Positions 45,724 through 46,410 of a DNA stretch of 46,410 nt are shown one piece after another (the first letter of the stretch is position 1; each line of letters starts with the position of its first letter). The notes under the pieces were generated by a model. The model saw nothing but the letters and a program-made list of their open reading frames with translations, had not been told where the DNA came from and made no database searches. The translations under genes were made by a program, and so were the position numbers. The DNA comes from a virus (Duplodnaviria > Caudoviricetes). The stretch covers positions 1 to 46,410 of the IMG/VR virus record IMGVR_UViG_3300010376_000055. The stretch is one strand, 5' to 3'.

Positions 45724-45927
45724 CTATTGCGACTTGATCCTTGAATAGTTCAACTTCCCCGATAGGGCCTCCTCGAGGATCTCCTGGCGAACCTCCTCCG
45801 GAACCGACTCTTTCCAGACCATAATCGTTTCGCCGTCGTCATTACCGAAGATCAGACCGATGCATGAAAACCCCCGCGCTTCCAGCAACTCCAAAACCGT
45901 CCGTGGATCCACAAAACACCCCCCCAA
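45724..45927 (-). CDS. Hypothetical protein
   Basis: 67 aa ORF; start uncertain. Confidence 0.45.
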   Translation of the reverse strand: MGGCFVDPRTVLELLEARGFSCIGLIFGNDDGETIMVWKESVPEEVRQEILEEALSGKLNYSRIKSQ

Positions 45928-45955
45928 AACCGCTTAGCGAGCGTCAGCGAGCGCC

Positions 45956-46261
45956 CTACCCCTCTTCCCTCGCCCACAAACACTCACCTACCACTGCCCT
46001 CGTTACCAATCTCCCATTCAACACCCGCTTCAGCTTCAATACCTTCAATACCGGGTCGTACTCCCAACCATGCACCACTTCCGTCTCCGGCTTCATCCCC
46101 TTCCGCTCATGCTCCGCACTGTAATACTTCACCTTCACCATCTTCAAAATCCCGTCCGTACTCTCCTTGCTCACGTCTATTTCCCTCCCCTTTTCTGCCA
46201 ACACAATAACAGCATTTTTAAAATTTGGGTGAAACCACGATTTCTCAGTTTGAGAATTCAA
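45956..46261 (-). CDS. Hypothetical protein
   Basis: 101 aa ORF in a purine-skewed region; start uncertain. Confidence 0.45.
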   Translation of the reverse strand: MNSQTEKSWFHPNFKNAVIVLAEKGREIDVSKESTDGILKMVKVKYYSAEHERKGMKPETEVVHGWEYDPVLKVLKLKRVLNGRLVTRAVVGECLWAREEG

Positions 46262-46410
46262 AATTGCAGAATTTCAAAAAATCATTTTGTGTTCGCTGGG
46301 CCAGTCGCGTAGCGACAGGCGGCACCCCCACCCCCTTCTGGGCCGCGGGGGAGTGTGGAGGGAGTGGGGAGCGGCGGCGGCTGGCGGCGGCCGGGGCGGG
46401 GCGGCGGGGC

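Noticed and set aside
1-46410. Stop-codon reassignment
   Set aside because: Core genes are intact under the standard code and end with TAA, TAG and TGA

Overview
A 46-kb segment of a tailed dsDNA phage (podovirus-like, P22/SU10-type gene order), almost entirely on the minus strand. From right to left it carries small accessory genes (RyR-domain protein, cysteine peptidase, peptide deformylase), small and large terminase, portal, scaffold, a free-standing LAGLIDADG endonuclease, major capsid, adaptor/tail-tube-like proteins, three large signal-peptide-bearing Ser/Thr-rich fibre/beta-helix proteins, a DUF5131 gene, two glycosyltransferases, a large tail/stabilisation protein, HNH endonucleases, an initiator-like tRNA-Met, a GNAT-like gene and the start of a probable ejection protein. 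The most striking signals are non-coding. (1) A ~75-nt-period tandem array of four promoter/variable-segment/terminator units (14834-15123) looks like a cassette of ~55-60 nt sRNAs, two of them complementary to ribosome-binding sites. (2) A divergent pair of non-coding transcripts (13360-13912) in which a ~100-nt RNA is predicted to pair with the 5' end of a ~400-nt structured RNA. (3) Apparent AUC start codons (capsid, ejection protein) and several leaderless genes occur alongside a phage fMet-like tRNA and deformylase, suggesting rewired translation initiation. (4) A 13-bp palindrome recurs about every 12 kb. (5) Two dissimilar HNH genes share a structured leader. All calls come from reading the sequence by eye; no database searches or folding programs were run.
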